Below, in pieces: positions 1 to 10,646 of a stretch of 64,000 nucleotides of DNA (position 1 is its first letter; the number at the start of each line of letters is the position of its first letter). This stretch comes from a bacterium BMS3Bbin03 (GTDB taxonomy: Bacteria; Zhuqueibacterota; JdFR-76; BMS3Abin05). The notes under the pieces are model-generated. The model saw only the letters and a list, made by a program, of their open reading frames with translations. It did no database searches and was not told the DNA's origin. The stretch is from contig BDTM01000128.1 in NCBI GenBank assembly GCA_002898015.1, forward strand, positions 2,781-66,780. The letters run 5' to 3'. Made by a program: the position numbers and the translations under genes.

Positions 1-425
1 ATGAGTTTCTTTCTTTCCGATGGCGAAGCCAGAATTTTGCCAAGCATTTCTCTGTAATTGTGCTCTTCATTGACTCCGAATTCAACCCCGCTTGGACCGA
101 CTTTTTTAATAGTTGGTACAATTTTTTCTAAAAAGGCCATTACTTTTTGTGAGGCTTGGATAAAATCTGTTTTTAAAACTTTGTTAACCACCCGCCGAAA
201 AAATTCATTCTCATTGTTTACCGATTCGGTAATTAAATAGAGAAATAGGTAATTTTTTTTGGGATGATCAAGCAGAAAATACATGAGGGATGTTTTGCCG
301 ACCCTCCTCGGCGCCGCAATCAGGATGTGGCTGCCGCTTTCAATTAAATCCCATGCTTTTTGAATGAGATTTTTTCTGTTAAAAAAATCACTTCCCCGTG
401 CAGGGTTTCCGGTCTGAATTTTCAT
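1..425 (-). CDS. P-loop ATPase (archaeal-ATPase/STAND-like AAA family), 3' end runs off the window
   Basis: Not in the ORF track. Manual translation from ATG at 425: MKIQTGNPARGSDFFNRKNLIQKAWDLIESGSHILIAAPRRVGKTSLMY..., open to base 1. Has FFNR and Walker A (APRRVGKTS) motifs and an SD AGGAGG upstream. Confidence 0.8.
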   Translation of the reverse strand, partial: MKIQTGNPARGSDFFNRKNLIQKAWDLIESGSHILIAAPRRVGKTSLMYFLLDHPKKNYLFLYLITESVNNENEFFRRVVNKVLKTDFIQASQKVMAFLEKIVPTIKKVGPSGVEFGVNEEHNYREMLGKILASPSERKKL

Positions 426-469
426 AATCCCTCCTATTTGACAATGAAATCATTGTTGTATGGTATAAC

Positions 470-498
470 AATATATTCATTGTCATGATAAATGTCAA
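470..498 (-). promoter_or_regulatory. sigma70 promoter of the ATPase gene (TTGACA-17-TATATT), overlapped by inverted repeats
   Basis: Reverse complement of 470-498 gives TTGACA, a 17-nt spacer and TATATT. TGACAATGAA (439-448) and TTCATTGTCA (476-485) form an inverted repeat. Confidence 0.6.
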
Positions 499-717
499 AT
501 ATTTTTTAATCAATGGAGTTTCAATCAGCCTCAAACCTTATTATTTTGAAGTGAATGCAGAGTGGAATCGGGAGAACTTATAGTTTGGAAATACTGCCGT
601 TTTAACTTTGAAGGTTATTAAAAATGTAATAAACTATAATTATATCCAATTTACTGATGAAATCATCAACGATAAGATTCCATTTGTCCCGCGGGAAAAA
701 GCGATCGTATTTCTATT

Positions 718-2577
718 TCAACCCTCATATTTAACGGCGCCACTCCACCAAAAAGGGATTAATAACAGGGCCATCGAGATCGGCACCACGACCCACCACA
801 TGGATTCATTGGGCATGCGTATCATTAATTTTCCGACGCCAAACAGCAATAAAAAGAGCGACGTTGCAGATAAAAAAGTGAGTTTTAAACCGCCTATTAA
901 CCTTTTTACCGGAAGATTGGGATTATCGCCGATAAGTACGGCTGTTTTTCTCCAGAATCCCAGGGGCTGAATGCGATTATAAAAGTCTTTTAGAACCGTA
1001 TGGCTTGTGGCGGGTGTGACAAACGTAATCGCGATGGCCGCAATGGTAGAAACCGAAGCCATGACACTCAACCGGATCCACTCCACATCTGTTGAGATCA
1101 ACAGGATCGGCGCTACAATCAAAGACACCACAATGGCAGCCAATTCTGAAAACAGGTTAATGCGCTCCCAGAGCCATCGCATCACCAGCACGGAGCCCAT
1201 TCCCGCGCCGAATAACAGGGAAATAAACCAGGCGGTTTGAATGGATGACAGGTGCGCCATAATGATTAAGGCAATCGTTAAGATTAGTAAATTTGAAAGA
1301 CGTGCGGCAAGCACCAATTCTCTGTTTTTGGGTTTTCGCTTTAACCATTCTTTACAAATCAGACGCTGGTAGATATCGTTGCTCCAGTAGCTGGCCCCCC
1401 AGTTTAAATGGGTATCGATTGTGGACGCCAGTGCGGCCAGCATGGCGGTCAGCATAATACCACGAACACCCGGCGGCAGCAGATCGTTGATTCCGGTTAC
1501 AAAAAGAATTTCACGGGACGCCGCAAAATTGCCGCTTGCGGCATCGGCAGGCAAAAAGGGATACGCCACCAACAGACTCACGCCGATCACCAACCAGATT
1601 AAACTTCTTAAAAAAATCTGCATCCACGAAAAAACCAGAGCGGCAATCCGCGCATCCTTGTCGGTGGCACAGCCCATGGATCGCTGGGCCAAATAGCCGG
1701 TGCCGTCACTGTTCATTTGAAAAAACCACTGCAGGCCGATAATGATTAAAAACGGCAGCAGCAGCTCCCCGCTTTTCGGGACGAATGACAGCATTTTATC
1801 GGCCAGATTGAAACCGTAAATTTGAATCACTTTATCGACCAGGCCGGTCAAGCCGCCAATGTGGGAAACGACGACGATGCCGTATATTAACGTACCCAGC
1901 ATGGCCAGAATAAATTGAACCACATCCGTCGCCACCACACTGCGGAGCCCTCCGGTCGTGGAATACAGGGTTGTAAAACTGATAATAAGCAAAATACTCA
2001 GCAGATTATTGGTCGTGGCAATGGCGGGGCTCAAACCCGAAACGCTGCCGCCCAATGTAAACCCCAGGAATTGGGTAATATTCAGGAAAAAATTATAGAT
2101 ACCCGCCGGAAGCCATTGATGCCAGGGCAAAAAAACTTCTGCGATTCGGATCGCGGCGACCAGCACCATTGCCATCACCACGCAATTGATCACCGTTCCG
2201 TAATAAATGGCTTTCAGCACCCGCAGCGGCAGGACGCCTTTGCCGCTGTATCGAACTTCCGTCAATTCCGCATCCGTTAATACCCCGGCACGGCGCCAGC
2301 TCACTGAAAAAATAAACCCCATCATCAGGAATGCCAGTCCGTAAATCCAGAGACGCCAGAGCAAAAATATGCCGGCTGTGGCAATCAGACCGGTCACCAG
2401 CAGGGGCGTATCGGCGGCAAATTGAGTCGCCGCCATACTAAAACCAGCCTTCCAGCCGGGGATGGTCCGTCCCGCTAAAAAATACTCCTGGAGATTTTGT
2501 GAAGCTTTTTTCTGAGCGAGGAAACCGGATGAGATAGAATAAGTAATGAATGCCAGAACAATCAGTAAGTCAAACAT
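718..2577 (-). CDS. Na+/solute symporter (SSS family)
   Basis: Many TM helices; SSS motifs EYFLAGR, ATQFAADTPL, TGGLRSVVATD, QRSMG, LAALASTIDTHLNWGASY. Confidence 0.9.
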   Translation of the reverse strand: MFDLLIVLAFITYSISSGFLAQKKASQNLQEYFLAGRTIPGWKAGFSMAATQFAADTPLLVTGLIATAGIFLLWRLWIYGLAFLMMGFIFSVSWRRAGVLTDAELTEVRYSGKGVLPLRVLKAIYYGTVINCVVMAMVLVAAIRIAEVFLPWHQWLPAGIYNFFLNITQFLGFTLGGSVSGLSPAIATTNNLLSILLIISFTTLYSTTGGLRSVVATDVVQFILAMLGTLIYGIVVVSHIGGLTGLVDKVIQIYGFNLADKMLSFVPKSGELLLPFLIIIGLQWFFQMNSDGTGYLAQRSMGCATDKDARIAALVFSWMQIFLRSLIWLVIGVSLLVAYPFLPADAASGNFAASREILFVTGINDLLPPGVRGIMLTAMLAALASTIDTHLNWGASYWSNDIYQRLICKEWLKRKPKNRELVLAARLSNLLILTIALIIMAHLSSIQTAWFISLLFGAGMGSVLVMRWLWERINLFSELAAIVVSLIVAPILLISTDVEWIRLSVMASVSTIAAIAITFVTPATSHTVLKDFYNRIQPLGFWRKTAVLIGDNPNLPVKRLIGGLKLTFLSATSLFLLLFGVGKLMIRMPNESMWWVVVPISMALLLIPFWWSGAVKYEG

Positions 2578-2740
2578 TAGCGGGCCTTATCTATAATAAT
2601 TTTAATTGAGTGATTTTCCTGTCATTCATGCGGGATGCGTTTCGTTTTGAGACCATCGATATGAAAAGATTTTTTTACAGAATGGTAAAACCTATTTGTG
2701 CACCGTTTTGAACCGGAAATCGCTCAATTCAGGAATAATA

Positions 2741-2789
2741 AAAATCGAGCCAGTCGGAATAAATTCAGAATAGGCTACCGACTGGCTCG
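2741..2789 (-). terminator. Intrinsic terminator-like hairpin between the second TonB receptor and the symporter
   Basis: CGAGCCAGTCGG ... CCGACTGGCTCG 12-bp stem followed by a T-run on the minus strand. Confidence 0.6.
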
Positions 2790-2859
2790 CTGGCTTTTGC
2801 AAATGCGCTTCGAATCAACAAGCGATTTGCGTCGTGACGTTTAGATGCGAGTTGGCAAT

Positions 2860-5547
2860 CTAAAAGCGATGTTTTACAGAAAACATAAAACGGCGCGGCA
2901 AAATGGGCCGTGCCAGAAACAGGTTACTGGTTCTTCCGCCAACCGTACGGAGCCGCGGGTTGCCTTCTTCAAACCCCGTACTTTGCAGAACGTTCAGCAA
3001 ATTCGCAGCAAAAATGAGTGACGGTTTTTTCAATTTGTAGGATAATCCCAGGTTGACATAATTGTAAGCGTTCAGTTTGTTTTCGTTGACAACCACCCAG
3101 CGTCTTCCGACATAGTGCCAATCCGCCATAAAAGTCAAACCGGAAACCGTGTACGTCCCGCTAAAGTTTAATATGATCGGAGGAATACCGGCCAGCCAGC
3201 TTCCGATGTCAGATCCGGAACCGTACTCGGCTTTTATAAACGTGCCGCTTCCGAGGAGGCTCAGTCCCGGAAATGGTCTGACAGAAGCTTCAAGTTCAGC
3301 GCCATAGCTTCTGGTTTCAGGCTGCTGGAGCAGAACCCATGTCAGGGCACCGGTCGCTGAATCCACTTCAGCGCCCTGTCCCTTGATATTCGTGATTCTG
3401 GCCCAGAAGACATCTGCAGACAGACCAAGCTTCGGTCCGGAGTACTTCACGCCGGTTTCTCCCATCATGGTATGCCTGGGTTCGAACAAACTCGCCTGTG
3501 CTTCAGCCGGAAACAGGAATTCATCCAATGCCGGCATTTTATAGGCCCGGCTGCCCTGTGCGTAGACGGCCAGTTGCTTGCTTAACGAATAATTCAATCC
3601 TGCGGAAGCCGCCCATTCACCGAAACTTTGATCAAAGTATCTGAACGTCTGATTTCCCCAGGATTCAACATCATATTTCGTTGCCGGATCACCGTCCAGG
3701 TCATACGTTGAGTTATTTCCTGAAACCTGCACGAAATTATCGTATTCATACCGGACACCCACATCGGCTCGAAAACGGTCGGTTAATTTAAATTCGTCTC
3801 CCACAACAGCCGAAAAAATGGTGGTATGACCGGAACCATTGGCATACATGGACAGAAAGTGACGAAATCCGTTCTTTGTGACATCAAGGGACGTGTCCTG
3901 TCCGGTGGCCGGGCTTTTATAGTTTATCACCATGTCCACAAATCGCGGTTGATCTCTTACATCTGTTAAGATATCCGTGAAAAACCAGCGATTGTTTTGG
4001 GTGTAGTATCCGAAATACAGCCCAAGTGAGAGATTGTGCTGATCCATCTTCTTTTTCAGTATCATTTGATTTTGGAAAGCGGTAATCGGTTTTTCAACGT
4101 GCCATTCTCCTCCCGGTGCGAGAAGTCCATTGGGGGTGTTAAAGGCAATCTTATTTCCCAAACCATCTCTGTGGTTGGTGTATAATAATTTGTAGGTGGC
4201 ACCGGCCGGAACGAACCCATCCTTTATGTAGCTATTCAGACTTTCAGAAGCCCAATCCTCGGCACGCATCACATCGAAGGGAAGGATGGCGTTCCATTCC
4301 TGTCGATCTTTCATAAACTGTGCCATATTCTGGAAACTCCAGCCGCCCGGCAATTCAAAACCCATGTCGCTGGTGATCCAATAGGCTTTTGTCCGAATAC
4401 CGTCATCTAACGGCAGTTCAAGCTCACCATTGTTCATCGGGAGGGGGATTTTGATATGGTTGCCTTCATTGGTACTCATCGCGCCGTAGTCGGAAAAGCC
4501 GGGTACGTATTTCGGGTTATCCGGATTCTCGAACGGCAGCGGAAGAATAAACTGATTTCGGTCATCGATGATTTTACCGGACAGCCGAATGTAGCCATTC
4601 TTAATGAACCGTGTAATGTTCGCTTTTAACTGACCGCCGCGGATGCCGGGAAAACCGGGATTCCGGATACCATGGTCATAACGATAGAATCCGCCCATGT
4701 TGAATCTCCAATTTTGACCCAGCGGACCATTAACGTTAAAATCATGTCTGGCAAAACCATACGTACCTACCGTAAACTTCAATTCTCCGCCCAGCACAGG
4801 GCCGCCTGTTTTATTGATGAAGTTGATGATTGCGCCGGGCGTATTGGAACCAAACAGCGCCGCATTTCCACCTCGCACGACCTCCATTTTCGCAATGTTC
4901 TCATCGGGCCGAATCAAATTGTCTGCATTCATGAAATAGGTATGCATCGTGGGGAAAACAGGCATCCCATCTTCCATAAACATCACATACTCAACACCAA
5001 ATATACCGCGAACACTAATATTTTCGTTAACTTCTCCTCCTGAACTTTCCACACGTGTGAATCCGGGGATGTAGCGAAGCATCTCTGTGGTGCTGCGGGG
5101 ATTTGCCATTGTGATTTCCCTCGGAGAGAGGGTGCTGATGGCTACAGTGGATTCAAGTTTCGCCCGGGGTGTTCGTGTACCCGTCACCACAACTTCTTCC
5201 ATCAACAGGGGATCTTCTTTAAGTGTGAAGCTTTTGGTGACGGTTTCTCCCTGACGCACTGCGACGGTGACCGTTTGGGGACGATACCCGATAAAACGAA
5301 CTCGCAACTTGTATGTTCCGGGCGGCACATTTTCAATCAAATACGCGCCGTTCTGGTCTGCCGCATCTCCCAGGGTGGTGCCAACGAGGGAAACATTTGC
5401 ACCCGCCAGCGGCTTGCCATTTTCATCGGTTAATATTCCCTTGATCGTTCCTGTTGACTGGGCCCATGTCGGAAAAGGCGCCAGCAACACACTCATCACC
5501 ACTAATAATGACGTGATAAATGCCACTAATTGAAAACGATGTTTCAT
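2860..5547 (-). CDS. TonB-dependent receptor (carboxypeptidase-regulatory-like N-domain, plug, barrel; no signalling extension)
   Basis: Signal peptide, GTIKG..GANV domain, TonB-box region EEVVVTGTR, plug motifs, C-terminal Phe. Confidence 0.92.
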   Translation of the reverse strand: MKHRFQLVAFITSLLVVMSVLLAPFPTWAQSTGTIKGILTDENGKPLAGANVSLVGTTLGDAADQNGAYLIENVPPGTYKLRVRFIGYRPQTVTVAVRQGETVTKSFTLKEDPLLMEEVVVTGTRTPRAKLESTVAISTLSPREITMANPRSTTEMLRYIPGFTRVESSGGEVNENISVRGIFGVEYVMFMEDGMPVFPTMHTYFMNADNLIRPDENIAKMEVVRGGNAALFGSNTPGAIINFINKTGGPVLGGELKFTVGTYGFARHDFNVNGPLGQNWRFNMGGFYRYDHGIRNPGFPGIRGGQLKANITRFIKNGYIRLSGKIIDDRNQFILPLPFENPDNPKYVPGFSDYGAMSTNEGNHIKIPLPMNNGELELPLDDGIRTKAYWITSDMGFELPGGWSFQNMAQFMKDRQEWNAILPFDVMRAEDWASESLNSYIKDGFVPAGATYKLLYTNHRDGLGNKIAFNTPNGLLAPGGEWHVEKPITAFQNQMILKKKMDQHNLSLGLYFGYYTQNNRWFFTDILTDVRDQPRFVDMVINYKSPATGQDTSLDVTKNGFRHFLSMYANGSGHTTIFSAVVGDEFKLTDRFRADVGVRYEYDNFVQVSGNNSTYDLDGDPATKYDVESWGNQTFRYFDQSFGEWAASAGLNYSLSKQLAVYAQGSRAYKMPALDEFLFPAEAQASLFEPRHTMMGETGVKYSGPKLGLSADVFWARITNIKGQGAEVDSATGALTWVLLQQPETRSYGAELEASVRPFPGLSLLGSGTFIKAEYGSGSDIGSWLAGIPPIILNFSGTYTVSGLTFMADWHYVGRRWVVVNENKLNAYNYVNLGLSYKLKKPSLIFAANLLNVLQSTGFEEGNPRLRTVGGRTSNLFLARPILPRRFMFSVKHRF

Positions 5548-5685
5548 AATTTCTTCCTCCCTTGGTTTGATTTTACTTTTTGGGTGCTTACAAAATTTTG
5601 AATTAGTCTCCCAATGTTTCGTTCATCATTTTGTAATGCCCAGCCTATTTATTTGTCGTAAACGGAAAGTAAAAAGACAGCCGAA

Positions 5686-6765
5686 TTAACCAAAGATGAT
5701 GTTTTTCCCCTCATAATGCACAGGTATTTGCAACGCCTTTGCTAATGCGGTGGTGATAATTTGTAAGCTTGAATTTTCAATAGAACCCGACAGTGAACGT
5801 TTGAGCAAAGTTTTATCGCTCACTTTAATGTGAACGCCATACGTCTCCTCTATCCGGCGCACGATATCTCGAAAAGGTGTATGGTCAAAAACAAACTCAT
5901 CGTCCCGCCACGAGGTATAAACCTTGACATTCACAGCCTGCGGACGCAGTGACTGATTTCCTCTGGAAAACTGCAGCAAATAACCCGGACGCAGGAACGC
6001 CGAAGCACTGAATGTGCGATTAGACCGGCCGGTATCCGACGCCGCCAGAACTTTAACGCAGCCTTTTTCCACGACGACCCGTGTGCCCCGGCCGCGTTCG
6101 TACACGGCAAATCGTGTCCCAATAACCTTGACTTCTCCGTCTACCGTTTTAACAATGAAATCGTGCTGCGGCCCTTTGGCCTGGGATGTGACTGTAAAAT
6201 AGGCTTCTCCGTGCAGGTCCAGTTTACGAGCCGTATTTTTTGTCCAATTCGAGGGATAGCGAAGGGTTGAATGCGCATTCAGCACAATCCGAGTGCCTTC
6301 CGGAAGTGTAATGCGGACGCGCTGCCCATATTCTGTGGAAATCGTCTGAAATGCCGGGTTCGATTGTTTTGCCCGGGGCAGATACTGCCACATAAGAAAT
6401 ACGATTAAAACAGCCGCGGCCGCCAGCGTGACATAGCGCTGCCAAGATTCCTGCATGCGGTACAAATTACGAGAGAAAACATCGTGAAAAGATAAATGAA
6501 GAATAGACGCGCGCTTTTTTTGACCGTGCGCTAAACGCTGCTGAAGCGTTGCCCATTCAAGCGCCACATTCGGCAGGGATTCCGGCCGGAACCGAGTCAA
6601 TTGCCGCAATTTTAAGGCGTCCTCGTAAATTTCCTTGTGCCGCGTGTCGGCAGATAACCAATCGGACCACTTTCTCTCTTCTTCTGCGGAGGCTTTTTTG
6701 GAAATCCAGCGCTGAAAAGATTCGTCGGCCAGTAAATCTTCAATCGTTGAGAATTGTTCTTTCAT
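5686..6765 (-). CDS. FecR-family anti-sigma factor
   Basis: N-terminal DESFQRW, one TM, ITLPEGTRIVLNAHSTL, GEAYF, VIGTRF, and a C-terminal DUF4974-like region. Confidence 0.92.
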   Translation of the reverse strand: MKEQFSTIEDLLADESFQRWISKKASAEEERKWSDWLSADTRHKEIYEDALKLRQLTRFRPESLPNVALEWATLQQRLAHGQKKRASILHLSFHDVFSRNLYRMQESWQRYVTLAAAAVLIVFLMWQYLPRAKQSNPAFQTISTEYGQRVRITLPEGTRIVLNAHSTLRYPSNWTKNTARKLDLHGEAYFTVTSQAKGPQHDFIVKTVDGEVKVIGTRFAVYERGRGTRVVVEKGCVKVLAASDTGRSNRTFSASAFLRPGYLLQFSRGNQSLRPQAVNVKVYTSWRDDEFVFDHTPFRDIVRRIEETYGVHIKVSDKTLLKRSLSGSIENSSLQIITTALAKALQIPVHYEGKNIIFG

Positions 6766-6922
6766 TCGTTCTTTCTGTACCCTTCCTGAAAATATGTCTC
6801 TAAAACTCTTCTATCTATTTTATTAAGAGAGAATAACAGGCAAAATGTAATGGTCGATTTCGATATTTTTTTAAAATATTTAAATATTTTTTGGATGAGG
6901 CAGCCGGTGAGCACAATAACCG

Positions 6923-7510
6923 CTAATAAATAAGACAGATCAATAGCGCCAGGATCCCTCTGAGTCGATGAAAGGCCTGGGACACATAATTGCGGGCGAC
7001 CTGTGAATCAATTTCCATAATCACGGCTATCTCTTTATAAGATAACTCGCTGTACATTTTTAAATAAAGGGCTTCGCGCATGCGGGAGGGAATTTTATGA
7101 AGGGCGGTCTGAAGTGTATTTTTTACGGCATCCTGTTCTTCATTCATAATCAACAGGTCCTCCGCGGAGAACATGGTTTCGAGATAGTCTTTGCCGTACT
7201 CCTGAGAAATACGATGCCTTTTGCGCTGTTGTTCGAGAGATTTCAGCAGCTGTCTCCGCAGGGCGGTTAGAAGATAGGCACCCACGGAACTGACATGGGA
7301 AACGGTATGTTTCTTTTCCCAGATATAGGCGAACACCTCCTGAATACAATCTTTGACCAATTCCGCCTGGTGGGAAAATTTCATTCCGTAATTATACAGA
7401 AGGGGATAATGACGTTTAAATAAAATGCCCAGCGCATGATCATTTCCCACCTTCATTTTTTCCCAAAGGAGCTGATCGTCTGAATGATTTACTTCTTCGG
7501 ATGTTTTCAC
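6923..7510 (-). CDS. ECF sigma-70 factor (FecI-like, Bacteroidetes type)
   Basis: Region 2 DCIQEVFAYIWE and region 4 LSYKEIAVIM; adjacent to FecR. Confidence 0.92.
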   Translation of the reverse strand: MKTSEEVNHSDDQLLWEKMKVGNDHALGILFKRHYPLLYNYGMKFSHQAELVKDCIQEVFAYIWEKKHTVSHVSSVGAYLLTALRRQLLKSLEQQRKRHRISQEYGKDYLETMFSAEDLLIMNEEQDAVKNTLQTALHKIPSRMREALYLKMYSELSYKEIAVIMEIDSQVARNYVSQAFHRLRGILALLICLIY

Positions 7511-7581
7511 CTTTCTCCTTAATTATCTCGAATGATTCGAATCGGCATCAATTGATTTCATGAATGTAAAATCATTTCAGG

Positions 7582-10518
7582 CTAAAACTCGTACGTCAGG
7601 GACGCTTTCAGACGCTTTGGAAGAATCGGGCGGGCCAGATAATAAGTGCCTTTGTTGGGCCCGGAGTTGTCCAGGCGCGGATTACCTTCCGTCAGGCCGT
7701 TCCCATCGAAGGCATTGAACAGATTCAAAGAAAAAACCAATCTTTGCGTTTTGTCCATTTTAATTGAATAAGAGGTGGAAAAATTAGTCACGTCAAAACA
7801 GGGTAATTCAATGGTATTGGCATTATTGGAATACCGTTTACCCACATGGTAATAGTCGGTGCGGAAGTCAAATCCTCCGGCGGAGTAAGAAGCCGTAATT
7901 TCATAAATGACCTTTGGAATGCGCTGAACCCAGTTGCCGCTGAAATCTTTTTCCCCCGAAATAAATTTTTTGTACATGTGGTTTTGAAGGGTGACAACTG
8001 AACGGATCGTTAAATTTTCCAACGGGACTGTGACCGACTCAACTTCAAGTCCGTAGGTTTGAGATTTGCCCACGTAATCTATGACCCATTCTGTTTGACC
8101 ATTCACAATCCGGGCATCCTGGCTCGGAAAATTTTCAAGCTGCATAAAATAGGTCGTGGCATTTATCCCAAATGCCGGCGCTCCCAGCTTCAGACCGCTT
8201 TCGGCCTGGATAAGTTCTTCCGGCTTCGGTTTAAATGAACTGTCCGCGCCACGAAACACATCCAGTGTCGGCATTTTGTATCCGCGGCTGCCCCGCACAT
8301 AGATCGAGAGATTATTATTGATCAAATAATTCAAACCCAGGGAAGACGCCCAATCATCATATTTTATATCCGCCCGTTTGAATGTGCCGTCCCCCCACAT
8401 CACAGAGTCGTCCGCGTCCGACGGTCCGCCTAAGTCATAGAGTTGGCTGTTTTCTGTTTTTTGATGGAGCCGCTTGCGTTCGATGCGTGCGCCCACATCG
8501 ACATGAAATTTATCCGTCACATCTATATTGTCGCCCAGGAAAAGAGAGGCGGTCGTCACAAAACCCCTTGCATTCATGTACATAGATCCGTATCTGCGAA
8601 ACCCATTTTCCGTCACGTTGCGAATGACTTTGCCTGTGGAATCTTTAATCTGGACATCCACAAAACGGGGTGCATTTCGAACATCTGTTAGAATATCCTG
8701 CCAATACCAATGATCAACAGCCGTATAGTATCCCTGATAGGTTCCGATTGTAAACCGGTGTTTCACCGAATTAAGCAGCATATTTTTTTTAACCATAAAC
8801 TGGTTGGAAATGTTGCTGAGAGGCTTGACCACCCGCCACAGACCGCCTTCACAAAGAAGACCGTTCGCCGTATTAAACACTGCCTTTCCCCCGCCGGCGT
8901 TGAAATGATTTGTAAACACAATATTATAACCGGCACCTCCCGGTGTACGGTTCACATAATTTTGTGCAAAATCTCCGGCATTAACCAAATTAAAGGGCAG
9001 CAGCGCGTTCCAGGCTTGGTTAATCGACATGTAGCGAATCGTATTTTGAAGATTCCAGCCGTCGGGAAATTCAAAGTTAAACTTTGCCATGAGGGAGCCC
9101 CCCACCTGTTTTTGACCATCCCCCAGTGGAATTGTGAAGCTGCCGGCGCCGGGCGTGGGCACTTGAACCCCATTCCCCTCGAAAGTGGTCAACGTTCCGT
9201 TATGAGGAAAACCGTCGACAAATTTTAACGCCCTGCCCGATTTAAACGGCAATTGGAGGTAAAATATATTGCTGTCGTTTAGATACTTCCCGTAAAATTT
9301 GACATAGCCTTTTTTAAAAAAACAGGTTAAATTGCCTTTTATCTGACCACCTTTTGAAGCCGGGAAACCGGGATTGCGAACACCATTGTCATAACGAAAA
9401 AAACCGCCGGCATTGAATCGCCAGAGGTTACCCAGCGGGCCGTTCAAATTGAAATCATAACGCGCCAGTCCCCCTGTTCCGACCGTTGTTTTGAGCGTGG
9501 CGGAAAGTTGATTCCCGCCGGATTTGTTGATAAAATTTATGACGCCGCCGGGCGCATTAATTCCAAACAAGGCCGAATTCCCGCCTCTTACAGCTTCCAT
9601 ACGCTCAATATTTTCATCGACCCGAACAAAAATATCCGCATTCACAAATGACAGTGCCGGGGCATCATAAACGGGCATGCCGTCTTCCATCAAGGCAACA
9701 TAATAGTACGAGCCGTCCGCCGGCAGACCCCTGACAAACAGATTTCCGCCCACCTCGCCGCCGGAACTCTCAACATAAAATCCCGGAATGACCCGCAGAA
9801 GATCTGCCGTACTTCGGGGTGAAATCGTATTAATCTGATCCAGGGTTTTGGTCGTTATGGCGATACTCGATTCTCTCCTGGTGGAAGGATTGAGCGTGGC
9901 GGTGACAACCACCTCATCCATCTGGATGACATCCGGCGCCAACGAAAAATCCTTATGAACGATTTTATTGGCGCGGACCTGAATTAAAGCCTTTTTCGGA
10001 TGGTATCCGATAACCTTTGTCCGCAGCGTATATGTTCCGGGCGGGAGGTTTACAATGCGATATTCGCCGCCAAGGTTTGCGGCGGCCCCAAAGGTGGTAC
10101 CCTCGATAATAACCTGAGCACCCGCAATGCCTTCTCCGTGTTCATTGGTTATTTTTCCTTTAATAACACCTTTTTTTGTCTGATGTCGAGGCATAATCAC
10201 AATCGTATTTTCACCCACGACCTCAAACGTCAATGAATATTTTCGCAAGATCCTCCACAAATCATCCGAGAGATTGTTTGAAACCTGCAGTTTAGATGGA
10301 AGAGTTTTTCCTTTTACAAGCGCTTCATCATAAACAATGTGAATATGATGCGCCTTCTGAAGGAGGGAGAAGGCTTTTCGCAGTGAAATAGTCTTCTGCA
10401 TATCTTGTTGTTTCAAATAGTTTGTTTTATTTCGGCAAGGTGCCGGTTCCTGTCCTTTAGTAGGAATCGCAAACATCCCTATAAATGCAAGCCATAATAT
10501 AAAAGCCATTGAACGCAT
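7582..10518 (-). CDS. TonB-dependent transducer with N-terminal STN-like signalling domain
   Basis: Extra N-terminal segment (SLRKAFSLLQKAHHIHIVYD...LTFEVVGENTIVI) typical of STN, then CarboxypepD-reg, plug and barrel, C-terminal Phe; paralogous to 2860-5547. Confidence 0.9.
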   Translation of the reverse strand: MRSMAFILWLAFIGMFAIPTKGQEPAPCRNKTNYLKQQDMQKTISLRKAFSLLQKAHHIHIVYDEALVKGKTLPSKLQVSNNLSDDLWRILRKYSLTFEVVGENTIVIMPRHQTKKGVIKGKITNEHGEGIAGAQVIIEGTTFGAAANLGGEYRIVNLPPGTYTLRTKVIGYHPKKALIQVRANKIVHKDFSLAPDVIQMDEVVVTATLNPSTRRESSIAITTKTLDQINTISPRSTADLLRVIPGFYVESSGGEVGGNLFVRGLPADGSYYYVALMEDGMPVYDAPALSFVNADIFVRVDENIERMEAVRGGNSALFGINAPGGVINFINKSGGNQLSATLKTTVGTGGLARYDFNLNGPLGNLWRFNAGGFFRYDNGVRNPGFPASKGGQIKGNLTCFFKKGYVKFYGKYLNDSNIFYLQLPFKSGRALKFVDGFPHNGTLTTFEGNGVQVPTPGAGSFTIPLGDGQKQVGGSLMAKFNFEFPDGWNLQNTIRYMSINQAWNALLPFNLVNAGDFAQNYVNRTPGGAGYNIVFTNHFNAGGGKAVFNTANGLLCEGGLWRVVKPLSNISNQFMVKKNMLLNSVKHRFTIGTYQGYYTAVDHWYWQDILTDVRNAPRFVDVQIKDSTGKVIRNVTENGFRRYGSMYMNARGFVTTASLFLGDNIDVTDKFHVDVGARIERKRLHQKTENSQLYDLGGPSDADDSVMWGDGTFKRADIKYDDWASSLGLNYLINNNLSIYVRGSRGYKMPTLDVFRGADSSFKPKPEELIQAESGLKLGAPAFGINATTYFMQLENFPSQDARIVNGQTEWVIDYVGKSQTYGLEVESVTVPLENLTIRSVVTLQNHMYKKFISGEKDFSGNWVQRIPKVIYEITASYSAGGFDFRTDYYHVGKRYSNNANTIELPCFDVTNFSTSYSIKMDKTQRLVFSLNLFNAFDGNGLTEGNPRLDNSGPNKGTYYLARPILPKRLKASLTYEF

Positions 10519-10646
10519 GGGACATTCCCTCTAATACAGGAATTTTCCCAATAGGCATCAATTTCAAGCAGGGAAAACGCTATCCATAAAAAATAAAGCT
10601 ACTGGGAATTCTTTTCATGTTTTGTCTTAAATCCTCATCTAACTTT

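Noticed and set aside
58-970. Plus-strand ORFs 58-240 and 608-970
   Set aside because: They lie antisense to the ATPase and to the end of the symporter and carry no motifs; shadow ORFs.
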